A stretch of DNA of 59,071 nt from a candidate division WOR-3 bacterium. Lineage in GTDB: Bacteria; Hydrothermota; Tepidihabitantia; Tepidihabitantales; Tepidihabitantaceae. Location: positions 1 through 59,071 of the forward strand of contig JBBISL010000011.1 of NCBI GenBank assembly GCA_037441285.1, read 5' to 3'. A program made the translations under genes and the position numbers. This document shows, piece by piece, positions 58,131 to 59,071 of this stretch; within the stretch, counting starts at the first letter, position 1; every line of letters starts with the position of its first letter. The notes under the pieces were generated by a model. The model was not told the DNA's origin. It worked only from the letters and a program-made list of their open reading frames with translations, and ran no database searches.

Positions 58131-58530
58131 CGGTCAAACCGGTAAAATCGAGCATTATTCCAACACTTTTGCGCTGCGCCCTTCTTTGCTCCAGCCGTTG
58201 CCGGTCCGAATAGTGATGTTTCTTTTCACCCCTCATTTCTCACCCCCGTATAATTATAACATAAATTTCTGCATCTGGCAACAACCCGGCACAAAAAATC
58301 AATCCATACCGACGCCTCTTTATCTCCCGTTTGAATATGATTTTTTACATTGTCTTCCCTTCCGCCGATTGAATTTACCCTATCTTCCCGTTATGATTGA
58401 AGTTATATTATATTTTCCCCGCCTTTGAAGAAAATCAGTTTTGCCCTGCCACTGCAGCAGTTTACTTTTCCAGCCCTTGCCAGAAATCAGTTTCACCCCG
58501 CCCTTGAGAAAATTTTCATCTATTTTCTTT

Positions 58531-58567
58531 TTCCCGCCCTTGATGGGAGGGGAAAAAGGGGAGGGTG
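58531..58567 (+). repeat. G-rich REP-like palindromic repeat, copy 3
   Basis: TTCCCGCCCTTGATGGGAGGGGAAAAAGGGGAGGGTG, preceded by decayed partial copies. Confidence 0.8.
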
Positions 58568-58669
58568 AGAATGAAGGGTGAAAAAAATGTAGAATACTCT
58601 GCTTAAACTTGACTCAAAAAAAGTTACTTGACCTCACTTTTGCCCTATCCGCCTTCCGCCCTTCTCCTA

Positions 58670-59071
58670 CTATTTTCCTTTAACAATTAACTTCTCGGTC
58701 CGGTTGCCCGCCTGCACAAAATACACCCCGGACTTTATGTTATCAAGTTGGATTGTTACGGTGCGCTCATAATGGACACCGCTTTCGTCACCCTGAACCT
58801 CTGTTCCCCTTCCCTCTTTACGAGCCACCCTTTCGTCATTGCGAGACCACCATTCGTCATTGCGAGGGCGTAAGACCGAAGCAATCTCCTTAACCAGTCT
58901 GCCATCAGTGTCATAAATCTTAATCCGGTCCACACCCTGATTTAACCGAATAGTAAACGATGACCTTGCCGGATTGGGATAGACGACGAAGCCGTTACGC
59001 GCCAAAGGTGCAGTAATCCCCTTTTCTCCTATCCCGGACGGTAGAAACTGATAAATCTGAAGACCAGCATC
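58670..59071 (-). CDS. 3' end of a T9SS-CTD protein (5' end lies outside the window)
   Basis: The frame is open to the window edge (DAGLQIYQFLPSGIGE...VYPNP...IYDTDGRLV...SGVYF...KLIV). Confidence 0.8.
   Translation of the reverse strand, partial: DAGLQIYQFLPSGIGEKGITAPLARNGFVVYPNPARSSFTIRLNQGVDRIKIYDTDGRLVKEIASVLRPRNDEWWSRNDERVARKEGRGTEVQGDESGVHYERTVTIQLDNIKSGVYFVQAGNRTEKLIVKGK
58784..58888. repeat. REP/RPE-like palindrome fragments inserted in-frame in the CTD
   Basis: TTCGTCATTGCGAG occurs twice with 21-bp period, followed by ...GAAGCAATCTC; TTCGTCACCCTGAAC is also present. Confidence 0.7.

Noticed and set aside
58320..58567. Possible CRISPR array
   Set aside because: The units are degenerate and irregularly spaced, and there are no cas genes. 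No CRISPR array was seen anywhere in the window.

Overview
Gene-dense core chromosomal segment of a bacterium, inferred (not proven) to be an anaerobic FCB-allied lineage such as candidate phylum WOR-3, because eight ORFs carry T9SS/FlgD-Ig-like C-terminal domains. It holds a partial htrA, the rpmH-rnpA-yidD-yidC-jag-mnmE block continuing into USP, PTS-IIA and argS (no dnaA or mnmG beside it), an iscS-iscU-Zn-ribbon-glutaredoxin-FTR/rubredoxin-DUF77 operon, secreted peptidases (M1, C25), two GT-C/TPR glycosyltransferases, tRNA-Ser(GGA), copA and a CDF metal exporter, an ECF sigma/anti-sigma pair, mnmA, trmFO, ndk, and rocD-folP-cdaA-DUF2723-hypA. I saw no CRISPR array, transposase or integrase. 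Most notable: (1) a three-copy intergenic element of about 130 bp, made of an imperfect inverted repeat, a TAA-N19-TTA site and the perfect palindrome TATACTTTAAAGTATA, with an invariant 65-nt spacer; (2) an IscS lacking its PLP lysine, in an operon with a disulfide-reductase chain; (3) a highly structured leader RNA of about 175 nt and unknown class; (4) a sigma54/IHF/UAS-type promoter facing two tiny ORFs; (5) a catalytically dead M1 peptidase fused to a probable beta-barrel; (6) REP-like palindromes inserted in-frame in rnpA and in a secretion CTD; (7) sigma70-type promoters that mostly have a 16-bp spacer and often no leader. All calls were made by eye, with no database searches.
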